This document shows positions 33,576-41,318 of a DNA stretch of 64,000 bases, one piece after another; within the stretch, counting starts at the first letter, position 1, and each line of letters opens with the position of its first letter. The position numbers and the translations under genes were made by a program. The DNA lies in NCBI GenBank assembly GCA_900772415.1, contig CAAHEC010000058.1, positions 4,762 to 68,761 on the forward strand, in the 5' to 3' direction. The stretch is from Bacilli bacterium (lineage in GTDB: Bacteria > Bacillota_I > Bacilli_A > RF39 > UBA660). The notes under the pieces were generated by a model. That model saw only the letters and a list, made by a program, of their open reading frames with translations, ran no database searches and was not told the DNA's origin.

Positions 33576-35126
33576 ATGGATAAGAAAAAATACTATATTA
33601 CAACTGCAATAGCATATACATCAGGCAAACCTCATATTGGAAATACGTATGAAATTGTTTTAGCGGATGCTATTGCAAGGTACAAAAGACAAAAGGGTTT
33701 TGACGTATACTTTCAAACTGGAACTGATGAACATGGTGAAAAAATAGAATTAAAGGCTAAGGAAAGAGGTATTAGTCCAAAAGAGTTTGTAGATGAAGTA
33801 TCTACTGAAATTAAAAGAATATGGGATGTTATGAATACATCTTATGATAAATTTGTTAGGACAACTGATCCACATCACGAAAGAATCGTTCAAAAAATAT
33901 TTGATAAGATGTACGATAAAGGTGATATTTATAAGGGAGAGTATTCTGGACTTTACTGTACACCTTGTGAATCTTTTTGGACAGAAAGTCAGTTAGTAGA
34001 TGGTAAATGCCCTGACTGCGGAAGAGAAGTTGAAGAAAAAAAAGAAGAAGCATACTTTTTTAAATTATCTAAGTATCAAGATAGATTAGTAAAGTATATA
34101 GAAGAGCATCCAGAATTCATACAGCCTGAGTCAAGAAAAAACGAAATGCTTAATAATTTTATTAAACCAGGTCTTCAGGATTTATGTGTATCTAGAACTT
34201 CATTCGATTGGGGAATACCAGTTGACATAGATCCTAAACACGTTGTGTACGTTTGGCTTGATGCATTAACAAACTATATAACAAACATTGGATATGATCC
34301 AGATGGTTCATCTAGTGAGTTTAATAAGTGGTGGCCTGCTGATTTACACTTAATTGGTAAAGATATAATAAGATTTCACACGATATACTGGCCTTGCTTT
34401 TTATGGAGTTTAGATTTAGAGCTTCCAAAACAAGTATTTGGACATCCTTGGTTACTTACTAATAACGATAAGATAGGTAAATCAAGAGGAAATGCGATAT
34501 ATGCTGATAACTTAGTAGATTTATTCGGAGTAGATGCTGTTAGATATTACGTTTTACATGAAATTCCTTTTGCAAACGATGGTAACTTAACTTACGAACT
34601 ATTAATAGAAAGAACCAATACTGATTTAGCAAATACACTAGGTAATTTAGTTAACAGAACAATATCAATGGCTAACAAATACTTTGATGGACAAGTTACT
34701 AATAAAAAAGTATGTGATGCGTTAGATAAAGAATTAATAGATATGATAAATGCCTTAGATGGTAAAGTAGAAAAGAGAATGGACAAGTTAGAAATTGGTT
34801 TCGCATTAGATGAAATATTTGAAGTTTTAAGAAGATTAAATAAATACATTGATGAAACTATGCCTTGGTCTTTAGCTAAAAAAGAAGATAAAAAAGATAG
34901 ATTAGAAACAGTTTTATACAATTTGCTTGAATCTATTAGAGTATGTGCAAACCATCTTACACCTTTCTTAACTAATACTTCAAAAGAAATATTAAAACAA
35001 TTAAATACTGTTGATACATCATTAGAATTTAAAGAAAATAGTTCTTATAATAATATGAAACCAGAAGTGTTATTTCAAAGAATAGATAAAGAAAAGAAAC
35101 TAAAGGAAATAGAAGAAAAGAATTAA
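33576..35126 (+). CDS. metG: Methionine--tRNA ligase (short form without the C-terminal tRNA-binding domain)
   Basis: HIGH-type GKPHIGN, zinc knuckles CTPCE...CPDCG, KMSKS-type KIGKSRGN. 516 aa. Confidence 0.95.
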   Translation: MDKKKYYITTAIAYTSGKPHIGNTYEIVLADAIARYKRQKGFDVYFQTGTDEHGEKIELKAKERGISPKEFVDEVSTEIKRIWDVMNTSYDKFVRTTDPHHERIVQKIFDKMYDKGDIYKGEYSGLYCTPCESFWTESQLVDGKCPDCGREVEEKKEEAYFFKLSKYQDRLVKYIEEHPEFIQPESRKNEMLNNFIKPGLQDLCVSRTSFDWGIPVDIDPKHVVYVWLDALTNYITNIGYDPDGSSSEFNKWWPADLHLIGKDIIRFHTIYWPCFLWSLDLELPKQVFGHPWLLTNNDKIGKSRGNAIYADNLVDLFGVDAVRYYVLHEIPFANDGNLTYELLIERTNTDLANTLGNLVNRTISMANKYFDGQVTNKKVCDALDKELIDMINALDGKVEKRMDKLEIGFALDEIFEVLRRLNKYIDETMPWSLAKKEDKKDRLETVLYNLLESIRVCANHLTPFLTNTSKEILKQLNTVDTSLEFKENSSYNNMKPEVLFQRIDKEKKLKEIEEKN

Positions 35127-35167
35127 TAATATATATTACTATTTAATTGCATAAAAAAATATGTTTC

Positions 35168-35209
35168 AAAAGTTAGCTAGTAGTAATTAATTTTACGCTA
35201 GCTTTTTTT
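35168..35209 (+). terminator. Weak terminator after metG
   Basis: aaaagttagc (35168-35177) pairs imperfectly with gctagctttt (35197-35206), long loop, T7. Confidence 0.45.
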
Positions 35210-35286
35210 ATTTATTATAATATTTAAATATTTTTATTGAAAGAAAACATTAAAATTAATTTTAATAAATAATAATTGTATATTAA

Positions 35287-35315
35287 TTGTAATATAAAAT
35301 AAATTAGTATATAAT
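35287..35315 (+). promoter_or_regulatory. Putative promoter of the retron transcript
   Basis: ttgtaa (35287-35292), 17-nt spacer, tataat (35310-35315). This places the TSS about 7-10 nt before the left inverted repeat. Confidence 0.55.
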
Positions 35316-35322
35316 AATGGTA

Positions 35323-35487
35323 TGTGCAGGTAGCGTTTGATTTTACTTGTAAAATCTTTTTAGCGAGTCGCTAAAGTAAGAAATTTTAAATATAGACATT
35401 AAACTTATAATGCAGGTGTACTATCATACGTTTCACGTATTTAAATGTACACCTTGCTAATTAAAGTATGTGTTAGTACCTGCATTA
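35323..35487 (+). ncRNA. msr-msd: Retron non-coding RNA (msr-msd) candidate
   Basis: Inverted repeats tgcaggta (35325-35332) / tacctgca (35477-35484). G35333 lies in a TAGCG context right after the left repeat. msr-like hairpins at 35341-35354 and 35359-35375 (tttagcg/cgctaaa). Long msd-like hairpin at 35412-35457 (aggtgtac/gtacacct plus atacg/cgtat). Directly upstream of a retron RT. Confidence 0.65.
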
Positions 35488-35500
35488 AGGAGATGATAAT

Positions 35501-36451
35501 ATGTGGAAGTATTTAACTGAATCTAAATATAATGAACTATTATCATCTTTTAATTTGGTTAATACATCTGATATAAAAAAGATTAATAAAATACTTTATG
35601 GTATCAGTAATAACATAGATTTAAATTATGAAGAGATAATAATTAAAAAGAAAAATAATGGCTTAAGATATTTAAATGAACCTAGTCATATTTTAAAAAG
35701 TATCCAAAAAAGAATTTTAAAAAACGTTTTGGAAGAAAAGATGATATCTAAGAGTGCTTATGCTTATAAAAAGGGATTATCTACCGTTTTAAATGCTAAA
35801 AATCACGTAGGGTGTAAAGTGATTTTAAAATTAGATATAGAAAATTTCTTTGATAATATTAATTTTTACAAGGTATATAATTCTTGCTTTAATGAGAGTT
35901 TATATCCAAAAAAACTAGGTATGCTTTTAACTAATTTATGTGTTTATAATGATAGGCTTCCGCAAGGGTCACCAACTAGTGGTTACATATCTAATATAGT
36001 TCTTAGAAACTTTGATTGTAATATAGATGCATACTGTAAAGATAAAAACATTAATTATACTAGGTATTCTGATGATATGACTTTTTCTGGAGACTTTGAT
36101 ATAAGAAAGTTAATTAAATACGTAAATGAATTGTTATATAAGGAAGGATTTAAACTTAATAAATCCAAAATAAAAGTAGTTTTAAATACCACAAGACAGC
36201 AGGTAACTGGGATAGTTGTTAATGAAAAAATAAATTTAAGCAAGAATTATAAAAGAAAAATCAGGCAGGAAGTATATTACGTATTAAAGTATGGGGTAAA
36301 AAGTCATATTAAAAAAAGAAATATTAATTTATCTTGTAATAAATATTTAAGTGTGCTTCTTGGAAAAATAAATTATGTGTTAACCGTAAATCCAAACGAT
36401 AAAGAATTTATTAATTATAAAAATGAAATTAAACGTATAAAGAATAAATAA
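35501..36451 (+). CDS. ret: Retron-type reverse transcriptase
   Basis: 316 aa. NAxxH (VLNAKNH), LDIENFFDNI, LPQGSPTSGYISN, catalytic YSDD (YTRYSDDMTFSG), retron-specific VTG (RQQVTGIVVNEK). RBS aaggag at 35487-35492. Confidence 0.9.
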   Translation: MWKYLTESKYNELLSSFNLVNTSDIKKINKILYGISNNIDLNYEEIIIKKKNNGLRYLNEPSHILKSIQKRILKNVLEEKMISKSAYAYKKGLSTVLNAKNHVGCKVILKLDIENFFDNINFYKVYNSCFNESLYPKKLGMLLTNLCVYNDRLPQGSPTSGYISNIVLRNFDCNIDAYCKDKNINYTRYSDDMTFSGDFDIRKLIKYVNELLYKEGFKLNKSKIKVVLNTTRQQVTGIVVNEKINLSKNYKRKIRQEVYYVLKYGVKSHIKKRNINLSCNKYLSVLLGKINYVLTVNPNDKEFINYKNEIKRIKNK

Positions 36452-36466
36452 TTTTATTCTTTTTTT
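36441..36466 (+). terminator. Intrinsic terminator closing the retron unit
   Basis: agaataaa (36441-36448) / tttattct (36453-36460) plus T6. Overlaps the RT stop codon. Confidence 0.65.
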
Positions 36467-36517
36467 GTTGCATATTTTTTTATTTTACATAAATAACTAT
36501 AGAGGTGATTAGTTTTA

Positions 36518-37816
36518 ATGATATGGACTAATTCTAAATATGTGGGTGAGAAAGATGTATTTTTAGCAACCGAAAGAAATTATAAATACATAGATTTAAA
36601 TTTACTTAAGAAAGTATCAGAAATAGTGTTTGTAAGTGATGAAAATAAATACATATATGATAACTATTATGACAAGATAAAAGAACTTAAATTAATTGGG
36701 GTAACTGGTACTAATGGTAAGACTACAACTTGTTATTTAATATATCAAATGCTTAATTTAATTGGAATTAAAACAGCTTACATAGGAACCATTGGCTTTT
36801 ATATAGATGATATGGTATTTAAATTAGATAATACAACACCAGAAATTAGTCTTTTATATAACATGCTTTGTTATGCTAAAAAAAGAAAATGTAAGGTAGT
36901 TGTTATGGAAGTTTCATCACATGCTTTAAAACAAGATAGAATATACGGGTTATTATTTGATTCAGTGTTAGTTACAAACATAACAAGGGATCATTTGGAT
37001 TATCATAAAACTTTAAAAGACTATATAAAAAGTAAACAAAAATTAATTTATTTAACACGTGGCAAAAAGATTTGTATTTTAAATAAAAAAGATAAATACT
37101 ATAAAAAATTTAGAACAAAAAGTAATAACAACATAATAATAGGAAAAGACGTTAAGATAACACTTGTTTTGATGAATAGTTCAAATACTTATGTAGTAGT
37201 TAAAGATACAGTTAAAAGATGTTTTATACTTCCTTTCATGGGTCTATTTAACGTATATAACTTCTTGTATGCATATTATGCGATAAAATATTTAGGATAT
37301 AATTTGAACTCTTTAAAAGACAAATATTATCTTTTAAAAGAGCCACCTGGTAGGATGGAGAAAGTAAAATATAAATCGAATAATATTTTTATTGATTATG
37401 CCCATACTCCTGATGCGGTTTTAAACGTATTAAAAACCGTAAGTAAAGTAAAAAATAACGGAATCATAACTATAATAGGATGTGGAGGAGATAGGGACAA
37501 AGAAAAAAGACCAATGATGGCAAAAGTGGCCTGTAAATACTCATCATTTGTAATATTTACAAATGATAATCCAAGATGGGAAGATGAAAAAGAAATTATG
37601 AAAGATATATTAAGAGGAGCGTCTAAAAATTATGAGGTTATATATGATAGATATGATGCAATAAGAAAAGGCGTTAGAATGTTAAAGGATAACATGATAT
37701 TAATGATTTTAGGAAAAGGACATGAAGATTATCAAATAATAAAGGGAAAAAAGCTTTATTTTAGTGATAAAGATGCAGCTTATAAAGTGATAAAAGAACT
37801 AGAAGAAACAAATTAA
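36518..37816 (+). CDS. MurE-family Mur ligase, paralogue 2 (canonical catalytic motifs, shortened N-terminal domain)
   Basis: GVTGTNGKTTT, DNTTPE, EVSSHAL, NITRDHLDYH, DYAHTPDA, GCGGDRDKEKRP, TNDNPRWED (DNPR), GKGHE. The P-loop is about 20 aa closer to the N-terminus than in paralogue 1. Confidence 0.85.
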   Translation: MIWTNSKYVGEKDVFLATERNYKYIDLNLLKKVSEIVFVSDENKYIYDNYYDKIKELKLIGVTGTNGKTTTCYLIYQMLNLIGIKTAYIGTIGFYIDDMVFKLDNTTPEISLLYNMLCYAKKRKCKVVVMEVSSHALKQDRIYGLLFDSVLVTNITRDHLDYHKTLKDYIKSKQKLIYLTRGKKICILNKKDKYYKKFRTKSNNNIIIGKDVKITLVLMNSSNTYVVVKDTVKRCFILPFMGLFNVYNFLYAYYAIKYLGYNLNSLKDKYYLLKEPPGRMEKVKYKSNNIFIDYAHTPDAVLNVLKTVSKVKNNGIITIIGCGGDRDKEKRPMMAKVACKYSSFVIFTNDNPRWEDEKEIMKDILRGASKNYEVIYDRYDAIRKGVRMLKDNMILMILGKGHEDYQIIKGKKLYFSDKDAAYKVIKELEETN

Positions 37817-37868
37817 ATTTGCTATAATGAATATAGAATAAATATGATGGAAAGTACATGGAGGTTTT

Positions 37869-38267
37869 ATGTCGAATTGAGATAAGGAATATTTAAATTT
37901 ATGCAAAAAAATATTAAAGGAAGGAACAGAGGTACAAAATAGAACGGGTATAAATTCTATAAAAGTGCCATCTTATCATTTTCACTTTGATTTAGAAAAA
38001 GAGTTTCCTATTCTTACTACCAAGCAGTTATTTTTAAGACAAGCGGTTCTTGAAATGCTTTGGATATATCAAGCTAAAAGCAATGATGTAAGGTGGCTTA
38101 AAGATCGTGATGTTCATATATGGGATGAATGGGAAATAGGTGAAGATGGTATTTGGAAGGCAACTCAAAATGTTTTAGGTAAAGATGGAAAATTAAAGCA
38201 AAAAGAAGTTGAAAAACATTTGAAAAATAATCCACCATATAAACATATCTTATATAAAAGAAAGTAA
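37869..38267 (+). pseudogene. thyA: Thymidylate synthase (thyA) remnant: in-frame TGA at codon 4 and loss of the C-terminal about two thirds
   Basis: ATG 37869 with RBS ggagg. MSN*DKEYLNLCKKILKEGTEVQNRTG...FPILTTKQLFLRQAVLEMLWIYQ...DVHIWDEWE matches the ThyA N-terminus. TGA at 37878-37880. The ORF stops at 38267 without the catalytic Cys region. Confidence 0.8.
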
Positions 38268-38291
38268 AATTAAACTCTTTTGATATATTAA

Positions 38292-38316
38292 AAAGGACCC
38301 TTTTTGGGTCTTTTAA
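38292..38316. terminator. Bidirectional terminator
   Basis: aaaggaccc (38292-38300) / gggtctttt (38306-38314), loop ttttt. Lies between the thyA remnant and the convergent AAA+ gene. Confidence 0.65.
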
Positions 38317-39284
38317 TAATCATTTAAGTCTACTTTTTCTTTTTCCAAAAAATCTTTAAATTGTATTTTAAAAGCTTCTATTTCTTTTTTTATAACGTCG
38401 GAATATACGCTTTGACAATTAGCAATTGCTTTATAAAAATGTTTAAAAGTAACATATTCACTATTATCAAATTTCGCATAGCTAAACGCCTTAGATAAAA
38501 GTGAAAGTGCATTATCAGGATATCTTGAACCTAATTCATAAATTCTTTTATATTCACTTGTCATATTAACTATGAATTTCATAATGTTTTCTATAACAAA
38601 TTTAGAGTAAGCTAACTTTACGCCAGTTTTCTTTTCTATTCTAGGGTATGACCCCATTAAGATTTTGACGGTAGTTTCTGCGTCTGGTTCAGCAACATCT
38701 ATTTTTTCAAAACGTCTTAGAAAAGCTTTATCTCTTATTAAATACTGATTATATTCATCTAGGGTTGTTGCTCCAATTACCTTTATATCACCACGAGATA
38801 GAGCCGGTTTCATGGCATTAACGAAATCAATACCGCTATTTCTAGATTCAATAACAAGTGTGTGTATTTCATCAATAAAAAGAATTGTATTTTTAGCCTT
38901 TTCTACCTCTTTTAATAAAACATTAATCCTAAGTTCTTCCGTACCATCTTCTGATATACATTTACCAAGTAATTGCGATGTATTGACCTTTATTATGTCA
39001 TATCCTTTAATTGCATTAGGTACCGTATTATTCTGAATTTTATATGCGATTCCTTCTACAATAGCGGTTTTACCAATTCCTGCTTTACCTACTAAGATAG
39101 CGGATTTATCTGGTGTTAAAATAGTTAAAATGGTTTTTTCTATTTCATTATCTCTTGCAATAGCGGGATTAGTAACATATGTTTTAGTTGTTAAGTTTTC
39201 ACCATATTTTTCTAATATACTCATTTTTTCAATGTCATAATTATCATTAAGAGTTAAAGTTTCATAATCTTCCTTGTTATCCAT
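38313..39284 (-). CDS. Stand-alone Clp/Hsp100 D1-type AAA+ ATPase (no N-domain, M-domain or D2)
   Basis: LEKYGENLT...PAIARDNEIEKTILTIL...AILVGKAGIGKTAIVEGIAYKI...ILFIDEIHTLV...KPALSRGDIKVIGATTLDEY...FLRRFEKIDVAEPD is collinear with ClpB/ClpC NBD1. 323 aa. Confidence 0.8.
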   Translation of the reverse strand: MDNKEDYETLTLNDNYDIEKMSILEKYGENLTTKTYVTNPAIARDNEIEKTILTILTPDKSAILVGKAGIGKTAIVEGIAYKIQNNTVPNAIKGYDIIKVNTSQLLGKCISEDGTEELRINVLLKEVEKAKNTILFIDEIHTLVIESRNSGIDFVNAMKPALSRGDIKVIGATTLDEYNQYLIRDKAFLRRFEKIDVAEPDAETTVKILMGSYPRIEKKTGVKLAYSKFVIENIMKFIVNMTSEYKRIYELGSRYPDNALSLLSKAFSYAKFDNSEYVTFKHFYKAIANCQSVYSDVIKKEIEAFKIQFKDFLEKEKVDLNDY

Positions 39285-39409
39285 AGTACATTTCCTTTCT
39301 TCTTATATCTTATCCTTTAATATTATACCAAAAAATAAAATATTTTCGAACTTTTATTTACTTAATTTACATTCTTTGTTATAGTATTATTTATTGGGAG
39401 GTTTTATTT

Positions 39410-39988
39410 ATGAAAAAGGATGAAAACAATAATTTTTATACATATGGTATGATTAAACCGGATGGATTAAGCCATGCAAAAGAAATAATTGATATGATTT
39501 TAGAAGCAGGCCTTGAAGTACAATATATAGAATATGATTTTTTAACTGATGAAATAATATATGAAAATTACTCACACTGTTATGGAAAGGATTTCTATCC
39601 TGGCATGAAAAAACATCTACAAAGTGATTTGGTAATTAAAATGCTTATTTATGATAAAACAGGAAATGCAGTATCTAATTATAGAAAAGTTTTGGGTGCA
39701 ACAAGGCCTTGGGAAGCAGATGAAAATACAATAAGGGGAAGATTTGGAGATAAAAAAATAGGTTATAAAAACGTGGCCCATGGATCTGGTAATGAAAAAG
39801 AGGCTAATGAAGAAATAATTAGATTCTTTAAAAACAATATATCATTAATGTTAAATGAACTTAAGATATATAACGAAAAAGAAACACTTAATAAAGTTAT
39901 AAGTTATATAGATGATAGTTATGTTAAAGAAACAATTGAAGATAGATTAAATAGAGCTAAAAAAATATATTTAAATGGTACTAAGTAA
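39410..39988 (+). CDS. ndk: Nucleoside diphosphate kinase with a ~55-aa C-terminal extension
   Basis: YTYGMIKPDG, LGATRPWEADENTIRGRFG, catalytic His in NVAHGSGNEKEANEEIIRFF. Its stop overlaps the rsmE start (TAATG). Confidence 0.8.
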   Translation: MKKDENNNFYTYGMIKPDGLSHAKEIIDMILEAGLEVQYIEYDFLTDEIIYENYSHCYGKDFYPGMKKHLQSDLVIKMLIYDKTGNAVSNYRKVLGATRPWEADENTIRGRFGDKKIGYKNVAHGSGNEKEANEEIIRFFKNNISLMLNELKIYNEKETLNKVISYIDDSYVKETIEDRLNRAKKIYLNGTK

Positions 39989-40692
39989 TGCAACAATATT
40001 TTGCTAAAAACAAAAACTTAGAATTGGAAGACAGTGATTATCATCATATAAAAAACGTTATGAAAATGAAACGTGGAGATTTAATAAAAGTTGTTTTTGA
40101 TGATACTATATATACATGCAAACTAAATAACATAAATGATGTATCATTCGATATAGTAAATAATATTAAGCCTGATTATAGAGTATCAAGACAAATTGAT
40201 GTTGCATTTTCTCTTATTAAAGAGCAAAAACTTAATTATCTTTTACAAAAAACAACAGAACTCGGAGTAAATGAAATAATACCAATTGAAACAAAAAGAA
40301 GTGTTGTAAAAATAGAAGACAAAAAAAGAAGTTCAAAAATAGAAAGATGGAAGAAAATTTTAAAGGAAGCATCTGAGCAATCCTTTAGAACTAAAATTCC
40401 TAAAATTCATGATATTTCTAATTTAAAAAACTTGGTTAATATGGATTATGATTTAAAACTTTTGTGTTCATTAAATAAAAATACAAAAAATATAAAAAAA
40501 GTACTTCCAAAATTTGATAACTGTGTTAAAATATTACTAGTCGTTGGTCCTGAAGGCGGGTTTGATTTTAGTGAAGAAGAGTATTTACTATTAAACGGTT
40601 TTATTAGTGTATCTTTGGGGAATACGGTTTTAAGAGCGGAAACGGCACCTGTTGTGGCTCTTTCGATGATAAATTATGAATTTATGAGGTGA
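39988..40692 (+). CDS. rsmE: 16S rRNA (uracil1498-N3)-methyltransferase RsmE
   Basis: PUA-like N-terminus, VVGPEGGFDFSEEE, SLGNTVLRAETA. Synteny with mtaB. Confidence 0.85.
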   Translation: MQQYFAKNKNLELEDSDYHHIKNVMKMKRGDLIKVVFDDTIYTCKLNNINDVSFDIVNNIKPDYRVSRQIDVAFSLIKEQKLNYLLQKTTELGVNEIIPIETKRSVVKIEDKKRSSKIERWKKILKEASEQSFRTKIPKIHDISNLKNLVNMDYDLKLLCSLNKNTKNIKKVLPKFDNCVKILLVVGPEGGFDFSEEEYLLLNGFISVSLGNTVLRAETAPVVALSMINYEFMR

Positions 40693-41282
40693 GTAGTATG
40701 AAAAATTTATTTGCGTCAGCGTCTTATTCTTTTAATAATTTTTATAACAATCTGACATTACCTGGGCAAATGATTTTTACTATCATAATGTTTTTAATTA
40801 TGATTTTATGCATACTTCTTTTTATAACCTATATAGTACAAAGTTTAAATGCTAAAAAAAGAATAACAAAACTAAAGGAAAAGCTAAAAAACAGTCATTT
40901 CAAAATAACGAAAGAAGAAAAACAGCCATCAAAAAAAGAGATATCTAAAAAAACCGACATAAAAGATATTGCGGATGCTATTAATGATGCATTAAAAGAT
41001 GAACCTGTTACTTTGACTGATTTTGAAGAAGATCAAGAAAAAACAGCTATAATATCAATTGATGAATTAATGAAGAAGGCTAATGATTTAGAACTAATTG
41101 ATGATGATGAGGACACAGGTGTTAATTATCTTGAAAAATATAATTTAGATTCTGCAGAAGTAGTTCAGCCAAAGGATGAAGATACATTAAATAAAGAAGT
41201 TAAAGCGTTTAAAGTATCTCAAGTTATTTCTCCTATATACGGAGTTAAAAAAGAAATAATAAATAATGATAGAAAAGCTTAA
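40689..41282 (+). CDS. Hypothetical membrane-anchored acidic protein
   Basis: 197 aa. TM helix MIFTIIMFLIMILCILLFITYIV, then a K/E/D-rich region. GTGA overlap with rsmE (alternative ATG at 40698). Confidence 0.45.
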   Translation: MSSMKNLFASASYSFNNFYNNLTLPGQMIFTIIMFLIMILCILLFITYIVQSLNAKKRITKLKEKLKNSHFKITKEEKQPSKKEISKKTDIKDIADAINDALKDEPVTLTDFEEDQEKTAIISIDELMKKANDLELIDDDEDTGVNYLEKYNLDSAEVVQPKDEDTLNKEVKAFKVSQVISPIYGVKKEIINNDRKA

Positions 41283-41318
41283 ATTTAAGCTTTTTATTTT
41301 TGAAGGAAGTGAAGTTAT

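Noticed and set aside
35333-35476. A DRT2-like 'neo' gene mechanism, that is, a stand-alone RT plus upstream ncRNA whose template yields an endless ORF. The segment between the repeats is exactly 144 nt (48 codons).
   Set aside because: All three frames on both strands of 35333-35476 contain stop codons (for example tga 35338, taa 35350 and tag 35361 on plus; tta/cta/tca in all three phases on minus). No stop-free concatemer ORF is possible. The RT motifs (NAxxH, VTG) are retron-type.
35501-36451. The RT might belong to a group II intron or a diversity-generating retroelement.
   Set aside because: At only 316 aa it has no maturase/X or endonuclease domains, and no intron-like structured RNA flanks it. 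Motif 4 is QGSPTS (retron-like), not the IGxxxSQ typical of DGR RTs. No template/variable repeat pair was seen nearby.
35151-36483. A 13-nt inverted repeat flanks the retron cassette (ataaaaaaatatg at 35151-35163 and catatttttttat at 36471-36483), which might be an insertion boundary.
   Set aside because: It is an almost pure A/T homopolymer-containing sequence in a very AT-rich genome, so chance occurrence is likely. No target-site duplication or recombinase gene is present.
37878-37880. The in-frame TGA in the thyA remnant might be TGA=Trp recoding (genetic code 4).
   Set aside because: Trp is encoded by TGG throughout. TGA terminates other well-defined genes (4821-5258, spoIIP), and the homologous ThyA position is not a conserved Trp.
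39410-39988. The NDK-like kinase might be a nucleotide-targeting partner of the retron.
   Set aside because: Its stop overlaps the rsmE start (TAATG), so it belongs to the housekeeping ndk-rsmE-mtaB operon. It retains all NDK catalytic motifs and is separated from the RT by three genes, including an inverted one.
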